Positions 1 to 9,088 of a stretch of 64,000 bases of DNA are shown in pieces (the stretch's first letter is position 1; each line of letters opens with the position of its first letter). The notes under the pieces are model-generated. The model had not been told where the DNA came from. It saw nothing but the letters and a program-made list of their open reading frames with translations, and did no database searches. Origin of the DNA: an uncultured Acidobacteriota bacterium (GTDB lineage Bacteria > Acidobacteriota > Thermoanaerobaculia > Gp7-AA8); contig CAWGHO010000002.1 in assembly GCA_963822445.1 (NCBI GenBank), positions 1,152,001 through 1,216,000 of the forward strand, written 5' to 3'. Both the position numbers and the translations under genes were made by a program.

Positions 1-2414
1 GCGGCCGTTCCCTGAATCGGCGCGTTCGTGGCCATCCGCTCGGCGTTGCCGCGAACGGTGAACGAGCGATTCTGAATCTCAGGGATGTAACGCACCCGCC
101 CGAACAGCGTCGTGACCTTGCCCGTGTTGCGCGCTTCGTTCAGCGTTCGCTCGAGGTACTCGTGAATCATCGGATAGCGCGAAAAGTACGCGTCGATCCA
201 GTCCTTCGCCTGCGCGGTAGAGATGCTCAATTCGTTCGACAGCCGGAACGCGGACATGCCGTAGAGCACGCCGAAGTTGATGACCTTCGCCGCGCGGCGC
301 TGCTCCGCGGTCAGCTCTTCCGGCGGAATGTTGAACATCTTCGAGGCCGTGGCCCGATGGATGTCCTCGCCGCGGCGGAAGGTCTCGATCAGCGACTCGT
401 CATTGGAGATGTGCGCGAGGATGCGCAGCTCGACCTGTGAGTAATCCGCGGAGAGCAGCGACCAGCCTTCATCGGCGATGAAGGCCTTGCGGATCTCCCG
501 GCCGGCCGCGGTGCGGATGGGGATGTTCTGCAGATTCGGATCGGAGGACGAGAGCCGCCCCGTCGCCGCGACGGCCTGGTTGAACGTGGTGTGCACGCGT
601 CCGTCCTTGCCGACGATCTGCGGCAACGCGTCGACGTACGTTCCCTTGAGCTTGTGCAGCTCGCGATGCTGGAGGATGAGCTGCGGCACCGCGTACCCGT
701 GCGACGCGAGCTCTTCGAGCACTTCCACGCTCGTCGAGTAGCTTTTCGTCGTTTTCGTTTTCTTGATGACCGGGTACTGGAGCTTCTCGAACAGGATCTG
801 TCCGAGCTGCAGCGGCGAGTTGATGTTGAACTCCTGCCCCGCCTCGGCGTAGATCCGCGTCTCGAGCTCGGCCATCTGCTTGCCCATCGTGTTCGACATG
901 GAGCGCAGCAGATTGGCGTCGATGCGGATGCCCCGCTCCTCCATCGCCGCGAGCACGGGAAACAGCGGCATCTCGATGCGCTCGTAGATGTCGACGAGCG
1001 CCGGTTCGCGGCGCAGCTCGGGCTCGAGAGCCGTGCGCAAGGCCATGGCCACGTCGGACTTTTCGCCGAGGTAATCGACGTAGGGGCCGAGCTTCGTGGC
1101 GCCGATCTCGTGCTCGAGCGCGAAGAGCGGCGCGGTCTTCGCCACGTCCTTGCGCACGAGGACATCCTGCTTGAGGCGGTCGCGGGCGATGTTGCCGAGG
1201 GCGTGGCTGGGGAGGCCGGGGTTGATGACGTAGGAGATCAACATCACGTCGACCCAGCGCGTCGGAACGGGCCAGCCGGCCGCGGCCAGTCGTCGCGATT
1301 GCGCCTTCGCGTCGTACGTCACGAACTCGCGGTCCTGCGCGAAGAGCTCCTTCAGCGCGGGAACGAATTCGGGTTCGTTCGGAACCAGCAGCGACTCGGA
1401 AGGTTTGATCGAAAGCGAGACTGCCATCGGGGCGTCGAAGCCTTCGATCGTTTCCGGCTCGATCCAGACCGCGACCGCGCCGTCGCCTTTCACGAATTCG
1501 CGAACGTCATCGGCCGACGCGGCAATGCGGAAGTCCTTCGGCACCGCCGGCGCCTCGGGCAGAAACTCCTGCATCAGCGACGCGAACTCGAGCCTCGAGA
1601 AGATGTCGTGCAGCTTCGCGCGATCGGGCTCGGTGCGCTTGAGCGTCTCGAAGTCGATGTTCAGATCGAGATCGCATTTGATCTTCGCCAGCTCGCGGGA
1701 GAGGAAGGCCTTCTCGCGATTCTCCTCGAGCTTCTTGCGCATGGCCGGCTTGCCGACCTTGTCGAGATTTGCGTAGACGTCTTCGAGCGATCCGAACTCC
1801 TGGATGAGGCCTTTCGCGCCCTTCTCGCCGATGCCGGGGACGCCGGGGATGTTGTCGATGGCATCGCCCCAGATCGCCATCACATCGACGACTTTCTCCG
1901 GCGGCAACCCGAACGCCTCGGCCACGCCCTTCGCGTCGTACATCACCTCGCGGCCGGTGTGGTACAGGCGGATGCCGTCGCCCACGAGCTGGAAGAAGTC
2001 CTTGTCCGAGGTGGCGATGACGACGTCGTAGCCGCGGTCGCGGGCGGTGCAGGCCAGCGAGCCGATGAAGTCGTCCGCTTCCCATTCGATCGAGCGGATG
2101 ACGGGGATGCGAAAGCCGTCCAGGACCTCGTAGACCAACGGAACCTGCACGACCAGGTCGTCCGGCATCGGCTTGCGGTCTTTCTTGTAGTCGGCGAACT
2201 GGGAGGTGCGGGCCGTTTCCTGCCCCTCATCGAAGGCGACGGCGATGCAGTCCGGATTGTTGTCCTTGAGGAGCTTGCGGAGGGTGGTGACGAAGCCGTA
2301 GACCGCGTTCGTCGCGAACCCGGACGAGTTCGTCAGGTTCCGGATGGCGTAGTAGGAGCGGTAGATGTTGTTCGAGCCGTCGATGATGAAGAGGCTCGGG
2401 CGTTTCGAGGGCAT
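1..2414 (-). CDS. polA: DNA polymerase I (3' end beyond left edge)
   Basis: Own translation from ATG at 2414: MPSKRPSLFIIDGSNNIYRSYYA...TNAVYGF...EADDFIGSLA...GDAIDNIPGVPGIGEKGA (5'-3' exonuclease); polymerase motifs TGRLSSSDPNLQNIP, SADYSQVELRILAH, AKVINFGVLYG. Missing from the ORF track because the stop lies outside the window. Confidence 0.97.
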   Translation of the reverse strand, partial: MPSKRPSLFIIDGSNNIYRSYYAIRNLTNSSGFATNAVYGFVTTLRKLLKDNNPDCIAVAFDEGQETARTSQFADYKKDRKPMPDDLVVQVPLVYEVLDGFRIPVIRSIEWEADDFIGSLACTARDRGYDVVIATSDKDFFQLVGDGIRLYHTGREVMYDAKGVAEAFGLPPEKVVDVMAIWGDAIDNIPGVPGIGEKGAKGLIQEFGSLEDVYANLDKVGKPAMRKKLEENREKAFLSRELAKIKCDLDLNIDFETLKRTEPDRAKLHDIFSRLEFASLMQEFLPEAPAVPKDFRIAASADDVREFVKGDGAVAVWIEPETIEGFDAPMAVSLSIKPSESLLVPNEPEFVPALKELFAQDREFVTYDAKAQSRRLAAAGWPVPTRWVDVMLISYVINPGLPSHALGNIARDRLKQDVLVRKDVAKTAPLFALEHEIGATKLGPYVDYLGEKSDVAMALRTALEPELRREPALVDIYERIEMPLFPVLAAMEERGIRIDANLLRSMSNTMGKQMAELETRIYAEAGQEFNINSPLQLGQILFEKLQYPVIKKTKTTKSYSTSVEVLEELASHGYAVPQLILQHRELHKLKGTYVDALPQIVGKDGRVHTTFNQAVAATGRLSSSDPNLQNIPIRTAAGREIRKAFIADEGWSLLSADYSQVELRILAHISNDESLIETFRRGEDIHRATASKMFNIPPEELTAEQRRAAKVINFGVLYGMSAFRLSNELSISTAQAKDWIDAYFSRYPMIHEYLERTLNEARNTGKVTTLFGRVRYIPEIQNRSFTVRGNAERMATNAPIQGTA

Positions 2415-2444
2415 GGACGCGGGATTTTATAGCTATGCCCTGAA

Positions 2445-2660
2445 AGCACTAACGGAGCCTTTCGGCTCCGTTTGTGGTAATGCGTTGGACCGCTGCGGCC
2501 AGTAGGTGGGGTTCAAGGAAGCTAAGTGAGTAATCGTCCAAAATCGGTCCAATAGTCAAGGAGGGAGCCCGCAGCGGCCACTTGGCGCAGGCGAATCAGA
2601 TGGGACCCGCGCAAGTGCGGTTTCGAGGTCTTGTTCGAAACCTGAATCATCGTGATCCTC
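2445..2660 (-). ncRNA. Candidate structured sRNA (or 42-aa small ORF 2650-2522)
   Basis: Intergenic region with several hairpins (CCGCTGCGG..CCGCAGCGG; GGTTTCGA..TCGAAACC), a downstream terminator and an upstream sigma54-like motif. No recognised RNA family. Confidence 0.3.
2451..2473 (-). terminator. Intrinsic terminator-like hairpin
   Basis: Perfect 9-bp stem AACGGAGCC/GGCTCCGTT with a GAAA loop on the minus strand, followed by T-rich TAGTGCTTT; could be bidirectional. Confidence 0.65.
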
Positions 2661-2665
2661 GTCAC

Positions 2666-2682
2666 TGCTAGATAGCTGCCAA
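2666..2682 (-). promoter_or_regulatory. Possible sigma54 -24/-12 promoter
   Basis: Minus strand TTGGCAGCTATCTAGCA has GG-N10-GC spacing; consensus is TGGCAC-N5-TTGC, two mismatches. Confidence 0.3.
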
Positions 2683-2867
2683 CTTCGGATTCCTGGCCGG
2701 AAATCGCGCCTGGTCGCGTCGCATCCAGCGAGCGCAACCGCCGAACTCTCAGCAATCAAGACAGATATGGCGGTCGCTTGTGAAAAAAAGCGCAACCGAC
2801 CCGGTTCCGTATTCGTTGGAAACTTTTTCCATCACTGGCTCTACGGTTGCAATTCTGACCACCCGCC

Positions 2868-3533
2868 ATGAAGAAAAAACTGACCATCCCCTTCCTCCTG
2901 CTGGCTTTCGCCCTCCCGGCCGCCGCCCAGAACTGGAGCATCGGCGTCCGCAGCGGGGCTTTCGTCTTCGGCGACTTCGTCGAGCGCAGGCTCCGGCCGG
3001 CCGCCGGCGGGTCCGGAGATGAGCCAGTCACCTACACCCTGTCCGCGGAGACCCGCCCCGGGCTGGCCGTCGACCTCGAGCGCCAGCTCGGAGAGCGCTG
3101 GGCTTTCCGCCTGGAAGGCACGTTCACCACCTCCCCGCTGACCTTCGAGGACAGCTCCGAGAACGGCACGGACATCCGCTCCGGCGACATCGACGTCACC
3201 ACCTTCACCGTCCCGCTCGTGTTCCGGATCAACCCCAAGGGCGCCTTCCGCTTCCACCTCATGGCCGGGCCGGCCTACGCGATGTACAAATTCGAGCCGC
3301 CGGACCGCATCACGCCGATCACGGTGGCCGAAAGGACCCGCAACGAATGGGGTGCGATGGCCGGCGGCGGCATCACCTGGCACGTCAGCGAGCGATTCGG
3401 GATCGAAGGATCGATCTCCGACATCGTGACGACGTCGCCATTCGACGAGGGGGACACCGAGGACCTGCCCGGATTCGACATCCCCAAACCGCACAACATT
3501 CACACGACGGTGGGGATCAGATATCGCTTCTGA
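2868..3533 (+). CDS. Outer-membrane beta-barrel protein (OmpW/OmpA-TM-like)
   Basis: Signal peptide (MKKKLTIPFLLLAFALPAAA), amphipathic beta-strands, C-terminal GIRYRF BAM-type signature. Confidence 0.85.
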   Translation: MKKKLTIPFLLLAFALPAAAQNWSIGVRSGAFVFGDFVERRLRPAAGGSGDEPVTYTLSAETRPGLAVDLERQLGERWAFRLEGTFTTSPLTFEDSSENGTDIRSGDIDVTTFTVPLVFRINPKGAFRFHLMAGPAYAMYKFEPPDRITPITVAERTRNEWGAMAGGGITWHVSERFGIEGSISDIVTTSPFDEGDTEDLPGFDIPKPHNIHTTVGIRYRF

Positions 3534-3541
3534 CGACCAGC

Positions 3542-3607
3542 GAGTTACGAGGTCGCGGGGTTACGAGGTTTCGAGGTCCCACCCCGTAACCTCGTAACCC
3601 CGTAACC
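3542..3607. repeat. Inverted 8-nt tandem repeat element (GGTTACGA-type)
   Basis: Left arm GAGTTACGA-GGTCGCGG-GGTTACGA-GGTTTCGA; right arm CCCCGTAA-CCTCGTAA-CCCCGTAA. Second copy at 38021-38110. Confidence 0.85.
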
Positions 3608-3612
3608 GCAAC

Positions 3613-3807
3613 TCACTCAACCAGCGAATTCAGATCGCGCAACAGCCCCTCCAGCGGGATGCCGTACCCGGTCGCGACCTCTTCGAGCGTCTCGCCGCTC
3701 GCCCGCTCGCAGCCGTTGCAGCCGCCGATGTGGTACGCGGCAAAGACCCAGCGCGCCTTCGGATGAAGGGTCAGCGCGTCGGCAACCACGGTCTGGGGCT
3801 CGAACAT
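3613..3807 (-). CDS. DUF1858-like small CxxC protein (hybrid-cluster-associated redox domain)
   Basis: VADALTLHP...GGCNGC...ETLEEVATGYGIPLEGLLRDLN matches the family pattern. Confidence 0.75.
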   Translation of the reverse strand: MFEPQTVVADALTLHPKARWVFAAYHIGGCNGCERASGETLEEVATGYGIPLEGLLRDLNSLVE

Positions 3808-3839
3808 CGGGGCGTAATTCTATCGATAGAATGCCGGTC

Positions 3840-4085
3840 ATGAAGGTCCGGCTGCTGTTTTTTGCCGTGCTCCGCGACATCGCCGGCGCCGACCGCCGCG
3901 AGCTGTCTTTGCCGAACGGAACCACGGCGCGGGACGTGTGGCAATCGCTGCAGACGGAGTTCGCGAAGCTCGCCGACTTCACCCAGCCGCCGATGACCGC
4001 CGTCAATGAGAGCTACGCCGATCCCGACGTGGTTTTGCGCGATGGCGATGAGCTGGCGTTCATCCCCCCGGTGGCGGGCGGATGA
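3840..4085 (+). CDS. moaD: Molybdopterin synthase sulfur carrier subunit
   Basis: MKVRLLFFAVLR...GDELAFIPPVAGG; C-terminal GG; overlaps moaE. Confidence 0.93.
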   Translation: MKVRLLFFAVLRDIAGADRRELSLPNGTTARDVWQSLQTEFAKLADFTQPPMTAVNESYADPDVVLRDGDELAFIPPVAGG

Positions 4086-4498
4086 CCTACCTCACCGACG
4101 AACCGATCGACGCGAAGGCCCTCGTCGACCAGGTCATGCGCAAATCCGACGGCGCCTACGTCCTCTTCGAAGGCGTGGTCCGCAATCATCACGATGGAAA
4201 AGCAGTCGAGTCGATCTTCTACGACGCCTACCGTCCGATGGCCGAAAAGGAAATGGACAAGATCGTGCGCGAGGTCGAAGCGCAGTTTCCCGACGTCGCC
4301 GTCACCGTCGTCCACCGCCTCGGCCACCTCATCATCGGCGACTCGTCGATCGCCATCGTCGCGGCGTCGCCTCATCGTGCCGAGGCTTTCGGGGCTGCCC
4401 GGATGATGATCGATCGGATCAAAGAGACAGTGCCCATCTGGAAGAAAGAGCGCGGCCCCGGCGGCGAGGAATGGGTGGGATGGCAGGGCCGGTGCTGA
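4082..4498 (+). CDS. moaE: Molybdopterin synthase catalytic subunit
   Basis: FEGVVRN, HRLGHL, SPHRAEAF, KETVPIWKKE motifs. Confidence 0.95.
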   Translation: MTYLTDEPIDAKALVDQVMRKSDGAYVLFEGVVRNHHDGKAVESIFYDAYRPMAEKEMDKIVREVEAQFPDVAVTVVHRLGHLIIGDSSIAIVAASPHRAEAFGAARMMIDRIKETVPIWKKERGPGGEEWVGWQGRC

Positions 4499-5007
4499 CG
4501 CCCCTTCCCGCCGCGAGCGTCATCGTGCTCCGCGACAACCCGCTCGAAGTGCTTCTGCTGCGCCGCAACGAGAAGAGCTCCTTCGTGCCGAATGCGTGGG
4601 TGTTTCCCGGCGGCGTGATCGAGCGCGACGAAACGCCGGAGGCCGCCGCGGTGCGCGAGACGTTCGAGGAAGCGGGGCTGGTGATCGATCCCGCGTCGCT
4701 GGTCCTCACCTCGCGCTGGATCACCCCGGTCGGCATCCCGAAGCGATTCGACACCTGGTTCTTTCTGGCGAAGGCGGAACGCGACGCAGAAGTCACCATC
4801 GATCAGCAGGAGATCGTCGAGTCGATGTGGATCGCGCCCGCGGACGCCCTTTCGCGTCGCGATCTGAAGCTCGTCTTCCCGACGATCAAGAATCTCCAGG
4901 CGCTGACCGGTTTCGGCTCCGCGGCGGCGGTGATGGCCTCGCGCGCGAACGCGATCGTCGAACCGATCCAACCGATCCTCGTCGACGGAAAACCGACGCT
5001 GCCATGA
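4480..5007 (+). CDS. NUDIX hydrolase
   Basis: FPGG...AAAVRETFEEAG Nudix box, WITP..KRFDTWFF. Start is ATG 4480 or GTG 4492; the track ORF from 4006 is over-extended. Confidence 0.88.
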   Translation: MAGPVLTPLPAASVIVLRDNPLEVLLLRRNEKSSFVPNAWVFPGGVIERDETPEAAAVRETFEEAGLVIDPASLVLTSRWITPVGIPKRFDTWFFLAKAERDAEVTIDQQEIVESMWIAPADALSRRDLKLVFPTIKNLQALTGFGSAAAVMASRANAIVEPIQPILVDGKPTLP

Positions 5008-5744
5008 TCATCCGCAGCATCACCGCGCCGAATCCCGGTCCCTTCACCCTCGACGGCACCCAGACCTACCTCCTCGGAGAAACCGCGGTGCTCGATCCCG
5101 GCCCGAACATCGATTCGCATGTCGCCGCGATCCGCGCCGCGCTGCCCAATCTTCGCTTGATTCTGATCACCCATCGTCACGGCGATCACGCTCCCGCCGC
5201 GCTGCCGCTGAAGCAGGCCACCGGCGCGCAGATCCTCGCGCCACGCAACGTTCTCGAGGATACGCAGGTCGATCGTCGCATCGTCGGCGGCGAGACGCTG
5301 CACATCGAGGGCGTGGACATCGACGTGATCACCACGCCCGGGCACACGAACGAGCACGTCTGCTACCTCACGTCCGAAGGGGACCTCTTCACCGGCGACA
5401 CGATCCTCGGTGCCGGCACGACAGCGATCTTTCCACCCGACGGACACATGGGCGATTACCTCCGCTCCCTGCACACGCTCCGCGCGCGCAACCCGAAGCG
5501 GATCTATCCCGCACACGGTCCGGTTCGCGAGGACGCGATCGCGCTGATCGACCAGTACATCGCCCACCGCCTCGAGCGCGAGCGGCAGGTGCTGGCAGCG
5601 CACGAATCAGGCGCGAGAACGCCCGCGGCCATGCGCGCGCGGATCTATCCCGATCTCGATGAACGGCTGCACGGCGCCGCGGAGATTCAGATCGAGGCGC
5701 ACCTGGTGAAGTTGAAAGAAGAGGGGCGGATCAGCGCGGGATGA
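5004..5744 (+). CDS. MBL-fold metallo-hydrolase (LACTB2-like)
   Basis: APNPGPFTLDGTQTY, THRHGDH, TPGHT, GDTILG, PAHGP. Confidence 0.9.
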   Translation: MIIRSITAPNPGPFTLDGTQTYLLGETAVLDPGPNIDSHVAAIRAALPNLRLILITHRHGDHAPAALPLKQATGAQILAPRNVLEDTQVDRRIVGGETLHIEGVDIDVITTPGHTNEHVCYLTSEGDLFTGDTILGAGTTAIFPPDGHMGDYLRSLHTLRARNPKRIYPAHGPVREDAIALIDQYIAHRLERERQVLAAHESGARTPAAMRARIYPDLDERLHGAAEIQIEAHLVKLKEEGRISAG

Positions 5745-6186
5745 CGCTCCGCAAAAACGACTTGTTCACGTAGTACGTCTGCTGATCGTCATCGTCAATC
5801 CGCAGAAAGAGCTCGTGCGTGTCGTTCAGCACGTCCGAGATGCGCGACTGCTCCCGCGGGCGATCGATCGGAATCACTCCCTCGATACGCGTTCCGTCGC
5901 TCAGCTCGACGATGGTCAGCTTCTCGATGATGGTCATCTCCAGCTCGACCACATCAGGCAGCTTCTCGTAGCGCACCCAGAGGATCTGCTCGCGGTTGAT
6001 CATCTTCGGCACGCCCGCGGCGACCATCGGGAAGAAGCGGCGCTTGCCGTTGAGATAGTCGGCGACGGTCTCCGGACCCTCGCGGCGGTCCGAAAACGGG
6101 GCGAGGTACAGGAAATGCTCCTCAGGCTCGAGACCCGAGAGAGCCACCGTGACGGCGACCTCGATCATCGGAACCTGAAAAGCCAT
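5731..6186 (-). CDS. Hypothetical protein with two similar small beta modules
   Basis: Good coding bias; the halves end in INREQILWV and VNKSFLRSV, each preceded by a D(Y/V)LN motif. Confidence 0.7.
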   Translation of the reverse strand: MAFQVPMIEVAVTVALSGLEPEEHFLYLAPFSDRREGPETVADYLNGKRRFFPMVAAGVPKMINREQILWVRYEKLPDVVELEMTIIEKLTIVELSDGTRIEGVIPIDRPREQSRISDVLNDTHELFLRIDDDDQQTYYVNKSFLRSVIPR

Positions 6187-6208
6187 CGCCGGAGATAATA
6201 CGCGCCCT

Positions 6209-7141
6209 ATGGCTCACAAAGACTTCATCGAAGTACACGACTACACCGCAGACGAAGTGCGCGAGATCTTCGAGCTCGCCCGCGACATGAAGGCGAACCG
6301 GCAGAAATACGCCGACGCGCTGAAGGGCCAGACCCTGGCGATGATCTTCGAGAAATCATCGACCCGCACGCGCGTCTCCTTCGAAGTGGGCATGTACCAG
6401 CTCGGCGGTCACGCGCTGTTCCTGTCCGCCCGCGACATCCAGCTCGGCCGCGGCGAGCCGATCACCGACACGGCCAAAGTCCTCTCGCGCTACGTCGACG
6501 GCATCATGGCCCGCACCTTCGCCCACAAGACCGTGACCGATCTCGCCGAATACGCGAGCGTCCCGGTCATCAACGGCCTCACCGATCTCTCCCACCCCTG
6601 CCAATCGATGACCGATTACTTCACCGCCTGGGAGCACTTTGGCGGCGAGCTGAAAGGCCGCAAGATCGCCTACGTCGGCGACGGCAACAACATGGCTCAC
6701 TCGCTGATGTACGCCGCCTCGAAAGTGGGGATGGACATCACCGTCGCCACGCCATCCGGTTACAAGCCCGACGCGGAAGTCGTCGCGATTTCCGAGGCGG
6801 ATGCGCAGGCTGCGGGAACGAAGATGCATGTCACCGATTCGATCGAAGAAGCGATCGCGGATGCGGACATCGTCGAGACCGACGTCTGGGCGTCGATGGG
6901 ACAGGAAGACGAAGCCGAGAAGCGCCGCCGTGATTTCGAAGGCTGGATGATCGACGAGCGGCTGATGGGGCTCGCGAAAAAAGACGCGATCTTCCTGCAT
7001 TGCCTCCCCGCGCATCGCGGCGAAGAAGTGTCCGCGGCGGTGATCGACGGACCGCAGTCGGTGATCTACGACGAGGCCGAGAATCGCCTGCACGTTCAGA
7101 AAGCGATCATGTACACGCTGATGAAGGACCGCCGGAAGTAG
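6209..7141 (+). CDS. argF: Ornithine carbamoyltransferase
   Basis: STRTRVSFE, HPCQ, DVWASMG, FLHCLP, AENR. Confidence 0.97.
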   Translation: MAHKDFIEVHDYTADEVREIFELARDMKANRQKYADALKGQTLAMIFEKSSTRTRVSFEVGMYQLGGHALFLSARDIQLGRGEPITDTAKVLSRYVDGIMARTFAHKTVTDLAEYASVPVINGLTDLSHPCQSMTDYFTAWEHFGGELKGRKIAYVGDGNNMAHSLMYAASKVGMDITVATPSGYKPDAEVVAISEADAQAAGTKMHVTDSIEEAIADADIVETDVWASMGQEDEAEKRRRDFEGWMIDERLMGLAKKDAIFLHCLPAHRGEEVSAAVIDGPQSVIYDEAENRLHVQKAIMYTLMKDRRK

Positions 7142-8141
7142 ATGGCCGACGCCGCAACGCGCCACGGTCGAGGCCTGGCGGTCGTCATCGCCCTGGCCCT
7201 CGATCTTCTTCGTCCTCCTCGGCATGATCGTCCTGAGGAGCGGCAAGGGCGATGACGGCGAGGTGGCCCGCGGCACGGAGACTTTGACCGTTCTGCCGAT
7301 GCGCATCCGCATCCGCACCGAGCCGCATGCGCGCGCGGCCGTCGTGACCACCGCTACCAGCGGCGAGCAACTGACGCTCGTCGAAGACCGCGGCGGCTGG
7401 GTGCAGGTGAAAACGAATGACAACCTCACCGGCTGGGCGGAGCGCGCCAATCTCGAGCGCATCGCCGAGACCAAGCGCCGCATCGCGCGTTACGAGGCCA
7501 TCCGCAAGCTTCCGCCGCTCAAAGGCGTGATCACCGAACGGACGCAGCTGTACGCGGGGCCAGGCATCTTCTATCCGCTCGTCGGCGACGTGGCCGACGG
7601 CGCGGACGTCGTGGTCTACACCCGCGATCACGATTTCTACGCGATCGAGCATGGAACCGCGGTCGCCTACGCAAGTGTCGAAGCAGTGGACGTGACGGCC
7701 TCGGGATCGCGCCAGCTCGACGTCCAGACCTCGAGCACCGCGCCAACGATCACCGACACGACCGCGACCTTGCCGCCGATCGCCGAAACGGCGCTCGAGC
7801 CGCCCATTTCAGAGACGGTCAGCGAGCCCACGCCGGTCGAGACCTCGCAGGTCTACACGGCGGTTCCTGTCGGCGGGACGCAGCCCGAGGAGGTTGATCG
7901 GGTTGTTCCGCGTTACCCGATGGCTGCGCGAAATGCTCGCGTGCAGGGGCCGGTCGTCGTTCGCGGCATCGTCCGGCGCGACGGCACCATCGACAACGTC
8001 GAAGTCATCAAAGACCTCCCGTACGGCCTCGGCGATGAAGCGCGCCGCGCCGTAAGCCGCTGGCGTTTCCGTCCGGCGACGTATCGCGGCGAGCCGATCG
8101 ACGTTTACTACACGGTGACCGTGAATTTCAGACTGCAGTAA
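7142..8141 (+). CDS. SH3b-domain TonB-family protein (apparent +1 frameshift near 7202)
   Basis: ATG 7142 gives MADAATRHGRGLAVVIALAL, and removing one base continues IFFVLLGMIVL as one TM anchor. Two SH3b-like modules, P/T-rich linker, TonB_C (PRYPMAAR...WRFRPA...VNFRL). Confidence 0.8.
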
Positions 8142-8158
8142 CGCGTTCAAACGCGTCC

Positions 8159-9088
8159 ATGTCCCGCTTCGCTTTTCCCGACGCACCCGGCGACCTCATC
8201 GGCGCGCACCTGTCCACCAAGGGCGGGCTGCACACGATTTTCGACCGGGCCACGGAGATCAACGCAACTGCCGCGGCGCTCTTCGCGAAGAACTCCAACC
8301 AGTGGAAAGGCAAGGAGCTGACCGACGCAGACTGCGCGCTGTTCACCGAGAAGCGAACCGTCCGCCCTCTGCTGACGCACGCGTCGTATCTGATCAACCT
8401 GGCCACGACGAATGCCGAGTTTCATCGCAAATCCATCGCCGCCATCGCCGATGAGCTCGACCGCGCGGAACGCCTCGGCATTCACGCCGTCGTCCTGCAT
8501 CCCGGCGCGCACATGGGAGCGGGCGGTGAGGCGGCCATCGATCAAATCGCGCGGTCGCTCGACACGGTTCACGCGATGCTGCCCAACCACCGCGCGGTGA
8601 CGTTGCTCGAGACCGCGGCGGGCCAAGGCTCCTGCGTCGGCTGCACGTTCGAAGAGCTGGGACAGATGATCGCCCGCGTCGACGACAAGCGCCGCGTCGG
8701 CATCTGCTTCGACACCTGCCACGTCTTCGCGGCCGGCTACGACCTGCGCACGCGAGACGGGTACGAACGGACCATCGATGAAATGGAGCGCCACGTCGGC
8801 CTCGACAACGTCGGCGCCTTCCACCTGAACGACTCCAAGAAGCCCCTCGGCTCCCGCGTCGACCGTCATCAGCACATCGGCGAAGGCGAGCTCGGACTCG
8901 AGCCGTTCCGCTTCCTGCTCAACGATCCCCGCTTCGCTCGCATCCCGAAACTGCTGGAGACGCCGAAGCCGGTGGAGCATGAGTCGGATCGGAGGAACCT
9001 CGCGGTGTTGAGGTCCCTCGTTGGGGAGTCGCAAAGTCGCAGAGTCTCAAAGTCGCAGAGGCCGGCCGCCCGCCGGGTTTCTCTCTGA
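8159..9088 (+). CDS. nfo: Endonuclease IV
   Basis: GAHLS, HASYLINL, HPG, LLETAAGQG, DTCH, HLNDSK, DRHQHIG, LETP. Confidence 0.95.
   Translation: MSRFAFPDAPGDLIGAHLSTKGGLHTIFDRATEINATAAALFAKNSNQWKGKELTDADCALFTEKRTVRPLLTHASYLINLATTNAEFHRKSIAAIADELDRAERLGIHAVVLHPGAHMGAGGEAAIDQIARSLDTVHAMLPNHRAVTLLETAAGQGSCVGCTFEELGQMIARVDDKRRVGICFDTCHVFAAGYDLRTRDGYERTIDEMERHVGLDNVGAFHLNDSKKPLGSRVDRHQHIGEGELGLEPFRFLLNDPRFARIPKLLETPKPVEHESDRRNLAVLRSLVGESQSRRVSKSQRPAARRVSL

Noticed and set aside
591-2432. 613-aa plus-strand ORF and the many other long antisense ORFs (e.g. 18916-20505, 24687-26738, 38356-40473, 61348-63441)
   Set aside because: Shadow ORFs opposite well-supported genes, expected at high GC; no recognisable motifs.
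2480-2600. 6S RNA, suggested by GGTTCAAGG/CCTTGAACC
   Set aside because: Only one half of the motif is present and I could not build the long 6S rod with a central bubble; kept only as an unclassified sRNA candidate.
3542-3607. CRISPR array (also considered for the other short repeats)
   Set aside because: Units are 7-8 nt, tandem and inverted, with no unique spacers and no cas genes.
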